DNA of 64,000 nt from Takakia lepidozioides (lineage: Eukaryota > Plantae > Bryophyta): the NCBI GenBank assembly GCA_030704615.1, contig CM060732.1, positions 22,878,001 to 22,942,000 of the forward strand, read 5' to 3'. Under the pieces are notes generated by a model. The model was not told where the DNA came from. It saw only the letters and a list, made by a program, of their open reading frames with translations, and did not search any database. Below are positions 34,891 to 46,470 of the stretch, in pieces (positions within the stretch are counted from its first letter, which is position 1; every line of letters starts with the position of its first letter). Both the position numbers and the translations under genes were made by a program.

Positions 34891-37800
34891 ATGTCGAGGG
34901 AGCGAGATGCACTCGCTCGATTCCATTCCAATGCAGGTACTCTTCCACTGACTGCCACTGCAGACGACGATGGGTATGCAGTTGTTCATGAGGATGAGCT
35001 GGTTACAGTGTTCCCGCTGGAGTTGGGTTCTCTGCTTGTTCAGAAAGAGGTGTATGACGAGGATGGGAATTTGGATTCTGGGCACTTGGAGAAACCCTTG
35101 GTTGGCGAGTGTGGAAGGAAGTGGAGAGTCCTTCCAGGAACATACCGTGTCCTTGGAAAAGAGAGAAGACAATCAGCAGGATCAGTCGTTACCCCTGGCA
35201 CTGCAGCATCGGTCGTGCAACAGAAGGGCACAGTTCCTGTGAAACAAGAGGTGAGCACATCCACTACCTTCGTTACTCTTTCGGACTCGTCCTCGGAGGA
35301 TGTTTCTGAGATTCCTCCGCCAGTGCAAACTCCCTTATTGGATGATGACGAATTGCAAGAGATAACAAGTGTCATTCCAAAATTGAAAGCCCTCGCAGGT
35401 GTGCCTGGGTGCAAGAGCGAGCTACGTTTTGTTGATTGGGAGTCCCTTCCAGTGCAACGGGTTCAATACGTGCCAGCTCAGTTTGATGGGGACATCTTGT
35501 TTGAGCTCAACCCTCCCACGTCTTCCAGTGGACTGGCTGGGCTTCTGCAGGGCATGGACAAGAAACATGACGGACATCCTTGGTGCAGGACAAAAACTTC
35601 GAACATCCATAACGACATTGGCTTGAAATTTCGGAGGTCGGTTTGCGTTGGGCATTGCAAGTGCCTGAATATTTCTTGCCCTCGGCTGAGAAACAGCGCT
35701 CAGCCAAACGAAAGTGAGTGGGAAGGTGTGCCCCTGAATCCTTTCACCCCAGGGCTTGCACCTCCCAAGACCAATACTTTTGTGTGCAGGTTCTGCAAAC
35801 TTTCCCCGTCCTGTGTTTCTGTTTGCCACGCTCGTATGTATCAGGTGGCACATCGATGCAAGACAATGACTCGTGCCTGCATTCATATGGGTGCACACGA
35901 GCATCCTGTGTCCAAAGGGAGTTGCAGGGATAGCGTGGACATCGCTAGAAATCTACTGAAGCAAGAGTTCCATAATGCCCCTTCTGCAACACCTTCTGCT
36001 ATAGCGCTTGCAGCTAGCAAGGCATTCCTGGAAAAACACATACTGGGTGAAGGGGATGCGACACAGCCAATGCTGGATGCAGATTCCCTTGAGGCAGTCA
36101 TGGACCATTTCTCCGTGTTGAGCTCTCCCAATATTCGAAACCAGGTGAATGCACTCAGAATGGGCACAGGCACTGCTGGATTCATGGACAACATTATGGA
36201 CCTCAAACGGAGGAGTCGCTATGAATTCATTCAAAACAGTATCTTCCCTGGCCAGGGCTCGTCCAAAGTGTATTTGTTCAAGATGTCCGCTGTGGGCCAA
36301 GGCAGTGGTGTGAGCATTGTCCGCCGAATGCAACCTGGAGGAGATTTGGCTAAATGTTGGTTAATGTTTGATCACTGCAAACGGGTGAAGGGTTGGACAA
36401 CCATGGCGTGCCATGTGTATGATCCAGCGTACCAGCGTGTGCTCTCCATAGCAATTTGTGATATGCAGTCGGAGGACACTGAATCCCAGATGCTCATGTG
36501 GAATTCCCTCCTGACCGTCATGCAGCGCAATGGAATACAGAACACAAATTTTGCGGGCTTCATGGCTGATAGTGCACAGGCAAATTTCAATGCAGTGCGG
36601 CGCGTGTTTGGTTCTGGGGATCCTAAGGTCCCCATGGAAAATAGGGAGCGCACATGCCTCTTCCATTGGAGTCAATCTCTGGCACGTCATACAAAGCGCT
36701 GCATTCGCCCTGACCTTCAGTTGGAGCATAGAAGGCTCTGTCTGAAGTACAAGAATGCCACCTCAATGGGAGAAGCTGAGAGCACTTACCAGGCAATCCG
36801 GGCTTGGTGGTTCTCCGCTGGTGCTGCTACAGGTATCCACCTGAAGGAGTTGGAGGACTGGTTGGTTTTCTGGCACTTCAGGTACAGACAGTGGGGAGCT
36901 TTCATGACGACGGTAAGCCTCACAAGTTTTCCTTAAACACAAATTGCACTTTGCATCGTGCCTGTTCATTTGGGGTTGTTCGATTGTCACTTGAAGAACC
37001 TCTACCATTTCTTTTCCTTCCTCACATTTCCATGCAATGCCTCCTGCAGGACATGTCCTTGGAGGACTTGGCCGACATGCCATCGTGTAATTTGGCAGAG
37101 ACTGTTCACAACGCCTAGATGCAACAGTCTACCAAAGCAGGTCGTGACTTGTATGTGGCCACTGCTGATGACATGGTGCGGGCACTTACACAACAAACCA
37201 GGTACCGCAATTTTCTGATGGGACGGGGTGGAGGGAAGGGCCCCGATTCGACTTTGTTGATGCTAAGGGCTGCGAGTAGGTCCGGAGACCCGTCAAAGAT
37301 GGCCAGAGCTCTAAACAGGTGCACTGAAGGCTCCCCTCTGCAATCCAGGCTCCCCCATTTGGAAGGCGAGGAAAGATTTGGATCATGCAAAAGGAAATTA
37401 AACACTCTTCCAGGGTCAGATGGAGATTCCCATAGGCCAGACAGGGTCAATTTCTCTGTGCCAAAGGTGTCTCCAGTGCAGACTAAGTCCTGTGCCGGCC
37501 CCTTCCCAGGTGGGTCCTCCTCCTGTGGAGCAGGTGCAGAACATGCAAGCATAGCAGCGGAAATCCCATTGGAGGAGGTGGTGGCCATGGTGCAGGAATC
37601 TGATTGCATTGATAGTGACTGGCATATAGAACGCACCCCACCAGGATCTAGAGTGGCTTGCATGGCAATTCGGACCCCCTCTTTCAAGAAATGCAAATCA
37701 AAAATATGCAAAGGCTCCAGGGGGACTCCAGCTCCAACATTCACAAGGTTGTTCCGACCTTACCATAGTGGGGAGTCAAAAGAACACAAGTTTTGGTTCT

Positions 37801-38462
37801 GCCCAGACGATATGGCACGATGCGTGAAGGGAACAGTTCGTCCTTCCGTGATAATGAAGCCCCCTCCCCCCGCAATTTGGCCTGTGAAAATTGGGACATC
37901 GCTGTCCTCAACCGAGATAAGCATGCTGGAGGAGGGAGGGTTTTGTCTTGCACGGTCCCGGGTGGTGCCCTTATGCACTGTCGGCACAGATGTGCCACAT
38001 GCTCCGACAATGCCTCCACCCGGTGCCGACTCCCACCCAACAAAAAGAGATGGAAAAACAGTGCGCCGTGTTGCTTCGGGTGCAGATCACGAATGCAAGA
38101 TGGAATCGGCTAGAATTTTGCAGGCTACGGTGACTCGTATCACCGAAGTCCCTTCCCCGGGGTATGGACGGATTTACACAGTGCTGTCAATTGGCTCAGT
38201 TCTTCATGCCAAAGAATATCAAGTTACCATTGGGAATTTCCCATCGTGCACTTGTCCGGATTTTGTAACGATGCGTGAGGGCGCTCTCGGCATGAGAGGG
38301 AAGTGGGTCCCCTGCAAGCATCAATATTACATATACCTTGTAATTATGTGTTGCGACGGTAAGAGAGACCAATTCATTCACCAAGCCACACTAGGCTACG
38401 GAGAAGTCATCACCCTTCTGCAGCGGGACACCTCGCGTAGAGCTCCGCCAACTTCTCTTTGA
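34891..38462 (+). pseudogene. MULE transposase copy 2, nearly intact (intron 36913-37049; single premature TAG at 37116-37118)
   Basis: GCM-like Zn domain (PWCRTKTSN..CVGHCKC..C..CRFC..C..GAHEHP); catalytic D (MFDH), D (FMAD), CxxH (CLFH), E (NLAE); SWIM CTCPDF..PCKH. Confidence 0.93.
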
Positions 38463-39515
38463 ACACATACGAGCCATGCCCGCTTCCCATGCTGGTTTCC
38501 AGGTTGCCGTGTGAAGACTTTTCATTTTATGACAAACATATACATTTCGTTCACTTGTGAGGGCAAATGCACTTGCGATTCATTGTAAGCGTCTCTCTGT
38601 GAATTGAAATAAACTGTGTCAATCATTCTGAGCTCAAATCTGTCATGTTTACATATTCCTCTTTTTTGGCACGCATTGCAGACATGGTGCATGGTGGCCT
38701 CCTTTGTTTTGTCCACGGTAATAGGCCCTCTTCCTGCAATCCTCGCCTATAGGACCTGCTTCTCCAGCAGATTCATGCCGCTCACGCTTCCCTGAAGCGT
38801 GAGCTCAGCTCACGCTTCAAAGCTTGAACGTGAGCTCAGCTCCCAGGCTCACGGGGCTGGGCTCACGCCGTAGCTACGCTGATTTTCTTGCACCCTATTT
38901 TTTTGTGAGGAATTATACACTTGGTGGTGCCGCACTGCCATGGCTCCAGGTGCATTTCGGTGCCGCAATACATGAGAATGTGGTTTTTGGTCGTGAATGG
39001 CATGGGCATGCTTTTTTTATTTTGGTTAAGTCTATAAATGGATCCGAGGAAAGCATACATTGTGTGGAGATACACGGGCATTGTGGCCTATTTCAGCGCC
39101 GTGGTCTATATACTGCATAGTGCTTCCTTGTTACTGCTCTTCATTCAATTTGTGGTTTCGCAGTCCATCCTGGCGTTTTCGTCCACCTTTATGAGAAGAC
39201 TCCGATTTGCTACCAATACATTGTCAGTGTTCTGCAAATGTGATGCCTTTACAAGATTGTTAGTTCTATGTCCCAGTGGGAAGGGTCCTACTGCACATTC
39301 TAGCATTTGCATACTGCACCTTGTGCACACAACAATCCATACGACAAAGGACACGTCCCAGCATACTGGCAGTGAATTGCCAAAAACCTTAACAGAAGAT
39401 TATCCAAGCATGTATATTCCCCATATGGCACAGGGAAGCTACTTGATTTCTGAAGCAAAATGTATGTGCCATGAGTGTCGGCGAGTCGAAACATGTCTAC
39501 TCTAGCATGCAAGAC

Positions 39516-39931
39516 CTATGGTCCCCTCGCCCAAGAAGAAGGAACTCGAACTGGCCTCTCAAGGACCTCCTGAGTGACCGAGCGCCGATATTTGAACAAA
39601 AAGTCAGCGGTTTCTGTCGCCCGGTTGAAACTAACGAGGATGTCGTGTTTATCAATAGCGCCCCCTTTGTAGAAGGACATTTTCACAGTGGGCCCTGTGT
39701 TCCCCTCCTCCTCATCCTCATAACTGAAGATAATGTCCCCACTTTCCGAGCCAGTCCGTCCACGCGTGAAGTTTTCACCTATGCACTCATCATACGTCCA
39801 CTCGCAATAGTTCCAGCGATACAGCAACGCTGTGCGTGATCTGTTCGGTTCCCACTCAAGCGGAAAGTCCAGGTCCATGATGCGCAGGAACCACCTGCTC
39901 CCCAGCCGGGGTCCAGGAGAATCGTGCAATC
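39516..39931 (-). CDS. Hypothetical exon/ORF in the 3' arm of MULE copy 1
   Basis: 137-aa protein-like ORF preceded by a TTCCAG acceptor; no family recognised. Confidence 0.35.
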
Positions 39932-40287
39932 CTGGAAGAAACTACATTGCTCTCAGCTGGACAAGTCGAGGATTGTCCCTGTAAATGTCTAGGAAGACAA
40001 TGATGTCGTCTGCTTTCGGGACAATGACTCCCGTCTGGCGTCGATAGATGTAATTCGGGCATGACATGGCCTCACGACACAGCAAGAACATAGAGCAGGG
40101 AGGAGATGGGCACAACAGAGAAGAGTGAAGAGCAAAATGAGAGCGAGGCCGGCGGAAGAGGGATATATCATTACTACACTGCCAATGTCGTATGCGGCAA
40201 AACTTCTATTTCCTCCGACATGTGTGCTTTTATTAGACAAATCCGCACCAGTTTCAGGACAATTTGCAAAACTCCCTCACCGTAAGG

Positions 40288-40780
40288 CGGGTATTTGCTC
40301 TCCGGAGCCCAATTTCGGCGCCGTTATTGGATGGACTGCGGCAGCTTCAGCCGAGAATTTTGTTTCCGGAGCCCAATTTCGGCACCGTTATTGGTTGCAC
40401 TCCCGAGCCTTCAGCCGGGTATTTGGTTTCCGGACCCCAATTTTGGCGCCGTTATTGGCTGCACTCCGGTGGCTTTAGCCGAGTATTTGGTTTCCGGGGC
40501 CCAATTTCGGCGCCGTTATTGGCTGCACTCTGGAGGCTTCAGCCGGGTATTTGGTTGGCGGAGCCCAATTTCGGCACCGTGATTGGCTTCACTCCCGAGC
40601 CTACAGCCGGCTATTTCTTTTCCTCTACCCAATTACGGCGCCGTTATACCCAACCATCCTGCACTTCTGCAACAGTACTATCCACGGTTATAGGTCGCCA
40701 TTGCGTTTTCGGAGTCTGCAAACCCGGATCCTAATTCCGCTTGCGTCCCTTCCTCTGGGGTAATTTCGGTGCCGTTATTG
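40288..40780. repeat. 64-bp tandem repeat (~6 units plus degenerate copies), subterminal in MULE copy 1
   Basis: CCCAATT recurs at 40308, 40372, 40436, 40500, 40564 and 40628; core CGGCGCCG. Confidence 0.9.
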
Positions 40781-43700
40781 CCCAGAATTCAGTTTTTCTA
40801 TGACCTGGCCTGGCGGTCCATGAGCTTGGGCTCCAAGTCATGAGCGGATACTGGTACTTATGAGCGGAGTGCTTCCAGCATGAGCGCGGAAATCTTCGAA
40901 AACCGTCTCTTCTTATACTACTTTCGATTATTTTATCGTTTTGGGCCCGAAAAAAATCTGCCGAAATTCGAAGTGTGTTACTTGGCGGCTCATGGGTGAG
41001 CCATGCCCGCTCATGAGCTCATGGAATAGCAACCCCCACCAAAACCGGACTACATTGACGCATGGTCTCAATCACTACAACTATCCCCTGAAACTGTGGC
41101 ACTATCATCCACGAAAACCTGAGCTCCTAGGTGCCTTTTCTGCTTCCGAGCACACGGGGGAGATTTGTTCAATAACTGTTGTCAAGCAATGGCCTCGGCA
41201 TACTCTGGGAGGATGTACGAACGTGGAGGGCTGCACCAGAAGTCAGACTGAAAAACACAGACGTCGTGCAAAGGAATAGCTTCCAATGTCTTGACAACCA
41301 ACGTGAACGCAATGCATTAGCGAACATAGAAGAAAAGGGAATGGTGGGGGGTTGTGTTCAAGAACTAAGATTCATACAGAATTTCAACTTACTCACATGC
41401 GAAATCGTCATCCAGGTCTTTGTCGTCCCCTTCGTTGATATCCACATGCACTATACCCTCCTGTTCCTGGCCGGCAAGGGCTGGCCCTTGCAAGCCTGCA
41501 ACGATGTCATTGAAAATATCCGCATCCCCTTCCATACCAAACAAATGCCTACCCCCAGCCTTGCAAGCATGGTACGAAGCGCCTGCAAGACGTTGCACTG
41601 TAAGCAAGATATAACAAACTCTGCAACAAGAAGAGAACACCAGAGAATGATCGGGGTCTAACCTGTCCCAAGAGTGAGGTCCACGATGCGCGACCCCGGA
41701 TGAGAGCATGTCTCTATAATTGTCTGAATAAAAGCTGGGCTCTTCTCCTTCGCCCCTCTCCATGGTGTGGAATTGGACTTTTTCAAACACACATTAGAAT
41801 CCACGTAGTTGTAGTGAATGTCGTCCACCACAAGATCAAACCTGTCGTTGATAAAAACAACCTCCCCCATGAAGCCTGAATTCCTTCACTGACGCAAGAG
41901 TGGAAGGAGGGCGAATCCTGACAAGGCACACGGCTTCAAAAAGGCAGGTCTGCACAAAAAGACATCACGAATCACAGAAGAGCAGATATGATTCAAAATC
42001 CCAAAAAGATGAGAGCGATTTCACCCCTCCGAATTGAGTGCGTCAACGCACTCAATTTCGGAGGGGCCAAATTGCACACAAATTGAAGCAGGAAAGAGAA
42101 GGAGGATTACCATTTGTCCCGGACAGTCACCCTTTGTCAGATACAGGCTGTTCACACCATTCCACGTATTGATGATCTTCATCCCCGAGGCCTTCAGATA
42201 GCTTGCAATCTCCCGACGACATTTCGTAGTGATGGACTGAATCATAACCAGAACCCCTCCATCCGACAGAAAGAACTTGCAAAAAGAGAAGACCCACCGC
42301 CAGTGCCTTTCGTCAAATGCATTCCAGGTTGGGCAAGTGCTAGTGGGGAGAATGTCTGGTACCGCCTGCCCGTCCGGAATGTCAACAATCACCATATCTG
42401 CAGCACACGGTTTCTGAGCACCATTCACCCAATCCCGCCCCGACGAAACCTGCAAACAGCGCCGACAAAAATACATCAAAGATGGGAAATTTGCAACAGT
42501 GAAGATGGGAAATTTGCTTACCGACTCCAGAAAATCACTCATCTTAACCCACGTTGGAGAGGGATCTCCAGTGTAACCACCTTTCCTGGTCTCCATCATG
42601 GCAAGGAAGGAGTCGTTCACAAGCTCGCATCTGCATTCTCGGTTGATTCGGGATGGGTGTTCCACTGCGTCGTATGGCTCAAACTTCCCCTTGCGTTTGC
42701 GATCCTTGGTTGTAATTGGGGTATGGGCACCAACACCTACTGCAGCATCCCCTTGGGTGCTCTTCTCCTTCCCTTTGTCCTTTGAGCCCTTTCTCTTCCC
42801 CTTCCCTCTCGCCGGAGTGTTAGTGGCTGCAGGTTCCTTCTCAGCGAGGTTTCGTAGGTTTCTGTCATGCAGTTCCCTGTCTGTTAGAGGAGCCAAGGTC
42901 TCCGCATTGTCATTCTAGTTCCGTGTCTGCAACTCATACCATGGGCAATCTGATTTGGGTATGTCGAGATACCAGCAGCAGTCCTTGAGGTGATATCTAC
43001 CGTAATCCCTGAGGATTGTTGCAGTGTACATGGTCTGGCTGTTGGAGGAGTCAGCCACAAGTCGATGAAGCCTGGGTACTTGATGAGGTTGTTCCCAGGA
43101 ATCAGAACGTTCTTGATATACCTACAAAACAATGCAGGCACAGTATCAGAAAGTGGAGGAGAAACTACATGATGTGTGGCCCCTGAAATCTGTGTGCGTC
43201 AACGCACACATTTTTGGGGGTCCAAAAAAAGTTGACAAACACGCACACAACGGGAAAACCCCTTAATAAACGTCAGAGGACCATTGAAGGTAGAGGTCAG
43301 ACAACAAGAACTCATAACATGAAAAAACAACCAGATAGGCATCGGGTCTCCAAGACACGAACCTGCATTGAATGAGACATAGGGAAAACAGTCCAGAGAT
43401 CCAACCCTCCAAAAATGCGTGCGGTGACGCACTCAATTTTGGAGGGTCATAAAGGTAGAAGGTGAACCTGCTTAGTTCAAATGACCCACCTGTACAGGAC
43501 CCTTTTCATGGCTCCCTTGGCTCCAAACTGCTGCTCGAACTCTTTTGTGCGGGATATGCCCCCTTCCATGGCAAACTCTCTGAAGAAACAGTTACTCCAC
43601 ACTGTCGCCTTCCACTTTCTCAAGTAATCCTGCAGAGTGTTTTTGGGCAAGGTCATCGTCATCTTGTAAGCATTTAGCTGCTTCTCCAGCACCTGGTTCG

Positions 43701-44031
43701 CACGAGCTTCAATCTGTCAAGAGACGCAATCCTCAATGTGGGTTTTGAAGTAGTACTCTGCTTTAGCCCTCTCCCCAGCCTCCGCTATCTCTTGCTGCAA
43801 AAACCAATCCGAAATCAGATAACAGAATAATTGAATTGTACTCGAAAATGGAAGTGCTTAGTGATGATATACTAACCGTGTACATGTACTCCATGAATGC
43901 TCCCCTTGTCAGCTTGTACCATGTGTCCGACGTTCTGGAGGTCTGGCATTTCGCGAAGGTTTCTGGGCTCAGGATGCTCTTGAATGTGTTGAGGGGCATT
44001 TGGCCAATATTCTGGATCCTGAACAGGGTGT

Positions 44032-45043
44032 TGTCGCGCGGCTTTTACTCACCCATCCCTTCGCTATCCGAGGCGGAAACTCCAAGATAGAAGAGTTGGA
44101 AATCTCTAAGTACTCAGCCCGCGCAGAACAATCAGTCATGACCTACAGCTAGTGTATCATGGGGGTGTTTCCTATTTGTTTCCCTTTCCGCATTCATCTT
44201 AGCTACCTTACCATTGATAATTAAGTATCAGTTTGCTTCATCAATCTATCGGTTTCCTTCACTCATCCATTCAATCCACAGCTTCTCTCAGATCTCTCTA
44301 CACAGTGTGATTGTATCGTATAAGTATCAGATTATGATTTATCAGGTATCAGGCCGAAGCCATTATGTCTCTAATCTGCTCTCCAATATCACTACAGCTT
44401 TGCATATAACAAGCATCTACTAATCCTCTTTTCTCCATCTCTTGCCTCCGATCTCCGCTCCAGCCTGACTCCCAAGTCCTCCCCGAATAATGATCATCCT
44501 CCTTCATTCCCCGTTTCTCCCTTTATCCTCCTATCCGCGGTTCTAACCGTTTCCCTCTCTAACCGTCGTCTGTGAACTAACATGTTCCCTTCGCAGGTGT
44601 TGTTCCCCACAGTCGTTCCCTGTCCTACTCTTCGTTCCCTATGATCGTGACCGCTGTGTCAAGCTGTGACTGGCTGTGTGAAACTGTGACGGGCTGTGAC
44701 TGGCTGTGCGACTGTGTTTGGCTGTGTCGGGCTGTGATTGGCTGTGTGGGCTGTGACGACTGTGACGGGCTGTGTTGGCTGTGTTGGCTGTGTCGGCTGT
44801 GACTGGCTGTGTGGGCTGTGACGACTGTGACGGGCTGTGTTGGCTGTGTTAACTGTGACGACTGTGACGGGCTGTGTTGGCTGTGTGGGCTGTGACGACT
44901 GTGACGGGCTGTGACGACTGTGTAACCCCCCTCTACAGTGCGCTGCTGTCACCCTAAGGCTCCTGTTGGTCTCAGTCTGTGCAAAATTAAGGGTACCCTA
45001 CAGATCCCGTATAAGTGTCTAAGTCCCCTACAGTCCTCTAACA
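44032..45043 (-). repeat. 3' LTR, with GGCTGTG/GACTGT minisatellite at ~44660-44925
   Basis: Direct repeat of 56296-57327. Confidence 0.97.
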
Positions 45044-45081
45044 TTACCCCTTCCCCCCTCAAAAAGCCGTGTCCTCACGGT

Positions 45082-46311
45082 TTACTGTTTCCGATTAGCA
45101 AACCTTTGTGAGTGAGCACCTTGTTGACGTTGAGAGTTTCGTGGTGGGCTGTGTGTACGAGCCCGAGGTCTGTCTCTGGTTGACGGAGATGGTTGATCAC
45201 TACCTGGATAAGTGAGGCCTTCTGGAGGCTGATATCGAGGTAATCTTTCCGGCATAGGAGATCCCCTTTGTTTCTTCTCTTCCATCTGAATTGCATAGTC
45301 TTCTCCCATGTCAAAAGAATTCTGTGAAGAAACAGTTGTATCAGAATCCTCATCGCCTCTCAGGTGTTTTAATTTTCGAACTTTTTGTGGAATCATCTGG
45401 GGCATACAATGCTGTCCTACCATGTCTGGAAGTTTGTATTTTACAACTTGGTGTAACCGCTGAACAGCAAAATTGGTGTAGGCACTGAGCTCCTTGTCTG
45501 TCCAGATGAGTGGGGTACCAATTACTGGTGCAGCGTGCAAGTACTTCCATGCCACATGTCCCTTATAGAAAATGTCATCAAGTCCGAATTTCTGTGTTGA
45601 CAAATGGTTGCAGGCTGCTTGAAACCATGAACGAATTTGAGAATCTTTCTGCATCATAACTTTTGGGTCATATAGGTACATATGAGGTGGCACCGAAGGT
45701 AATACCCAATGATCTCCACTGGAGTAACTTTGAAAGCGTGTTTGCATCTTTTGTTGCTCAATGTGGTAACGTACCAGAAAACAAGCAGCGTAGTATAGCC
45801 CGCACCCCATGACAATACTTGCTATCTCCTTGGTCTTGGTATAAATGAGTCCATGTACAACCTGGAAAGCAACCAATTCCCTCAACATGGTACCTGCCTC
45901 GTGCCAGTATTGTGCAAAGTGATGATCTTCAATATGTCGATTGTTTGGAAGAACTTTAGTCCTAGTTGCCACTGGCAGCCAAATACGCATGATTTGGTAG
46001 TAATGTGCGAATGACTGCGGAGGACTAAATTCTTTCCAAGCCAAATCCAACATGATGGGAATTTGGTTGAAGGGCATAAGCATAGCCCTGCTGTACTCCC
46101 TTGCAGCTGGAGTTTTAGGTGGGTTAAAAGCGGCATTGCCCCATACCTCCGGCTGTGGTGGCTGTGGTGTGGTTGTAGTAACCACAGGTTCAGCTACTGG
46201 TACATTGACCTGTTGTGGTGGTGGTGGTACTGGCTCCTGTATCATTGGCATCTCCTGCACCTCCTGTGAAGACTGAAAAGCCAAAGTTCTGGCTTGTAAA
46301 TAAGAAGCCAT
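45082..46311 (-). CDS. Second extra 3' ORF, unknown function (409 aa)
   Basis: Long intact sense ORF ending just before the PPT. Confidence 0.6.
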   Translation of the reverse strand: MASYLQARTLAFQSSQEVQEMPMIQEPVPPPPQQVNVPVAEPVVTTTTPQPPQPEVWGNAAFNPPKTPAAREYSRAMLMPFNQIPIMLDLAWKEFSPPQSFAHYYQIMRIWLPVATRTKVLPNNRHIEDHHFAQYWHEAGTMLRELVAFQVVHGLIYTKTKEIASIVMGCGLYYAACFLVRYHIEQQKMQTRFQSYSSGDHWVLPSVPPHMYLYDPKVMMQKDSQIRSWFQAACNHLSTQKFGLDDIFYKGHVAWKYLHAAPVIGTPLIWTDKELSAYTNFAVQRLHQVVKYKLPDMVGQHCMPQMIPQKVRKLKHLRGDEDSDTTVSSQNSFDMGEDYAIQMEEKKQRGSPMPERLPRYQPPEGLTYPGSDQPSPSTRDRPRARTHSPPRNSQRQQGAHSQRFANRKQ

Positions 46312-46470
46312 TAGCTGTCCTGAGGGATATAGACTCTTTGGTCGATGTTTGAAGTGAGGTCTTCCACTTGAGTCTGGAGTCCGTCTACATCCTCTTGTAA
46401 CTCTGCTATCCTACTATAGACATTGTCTATAGTAGTTGTGGCAATGTTTGCACCTGCAGCCTGAGCTCAT

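Larger units (their letters stand above)
25523..38881 (+). mobile_element. Complete 13.4-kb MULE copy 2 (CGTGAGC-type) carrying divergent ParB-MTase and transposase genes
   Basis: 9-bp TSD ATTTTCTTG at 25514-25522 and 38882-38890; short imperfect TIRs N7-GCTA-N3-CGTGAGC at both ends; CGTGAGC subterminal repeats. Confidence 0.92.
22834..41037 (+). mobile_element. MULE copy 1 (CATGAGC-type), 5'-truncated, host of nested copy 2
   Basis: Transposase at 22834-25469; sequence resumes after the TSD at 38891; right TIR GCTCATGGAATAGCAACCCCC at 41017-41037 with CATGAG repeats. Confidence 0.75.

Noticed and set aside
25523-41037. Pairing the 25523 TIR with the better-matching 41037 TIR as one element
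   Set aside because: No TSD for that pair; the 9-bp TSD and the CGTGAGC motif type place the end at 38881.
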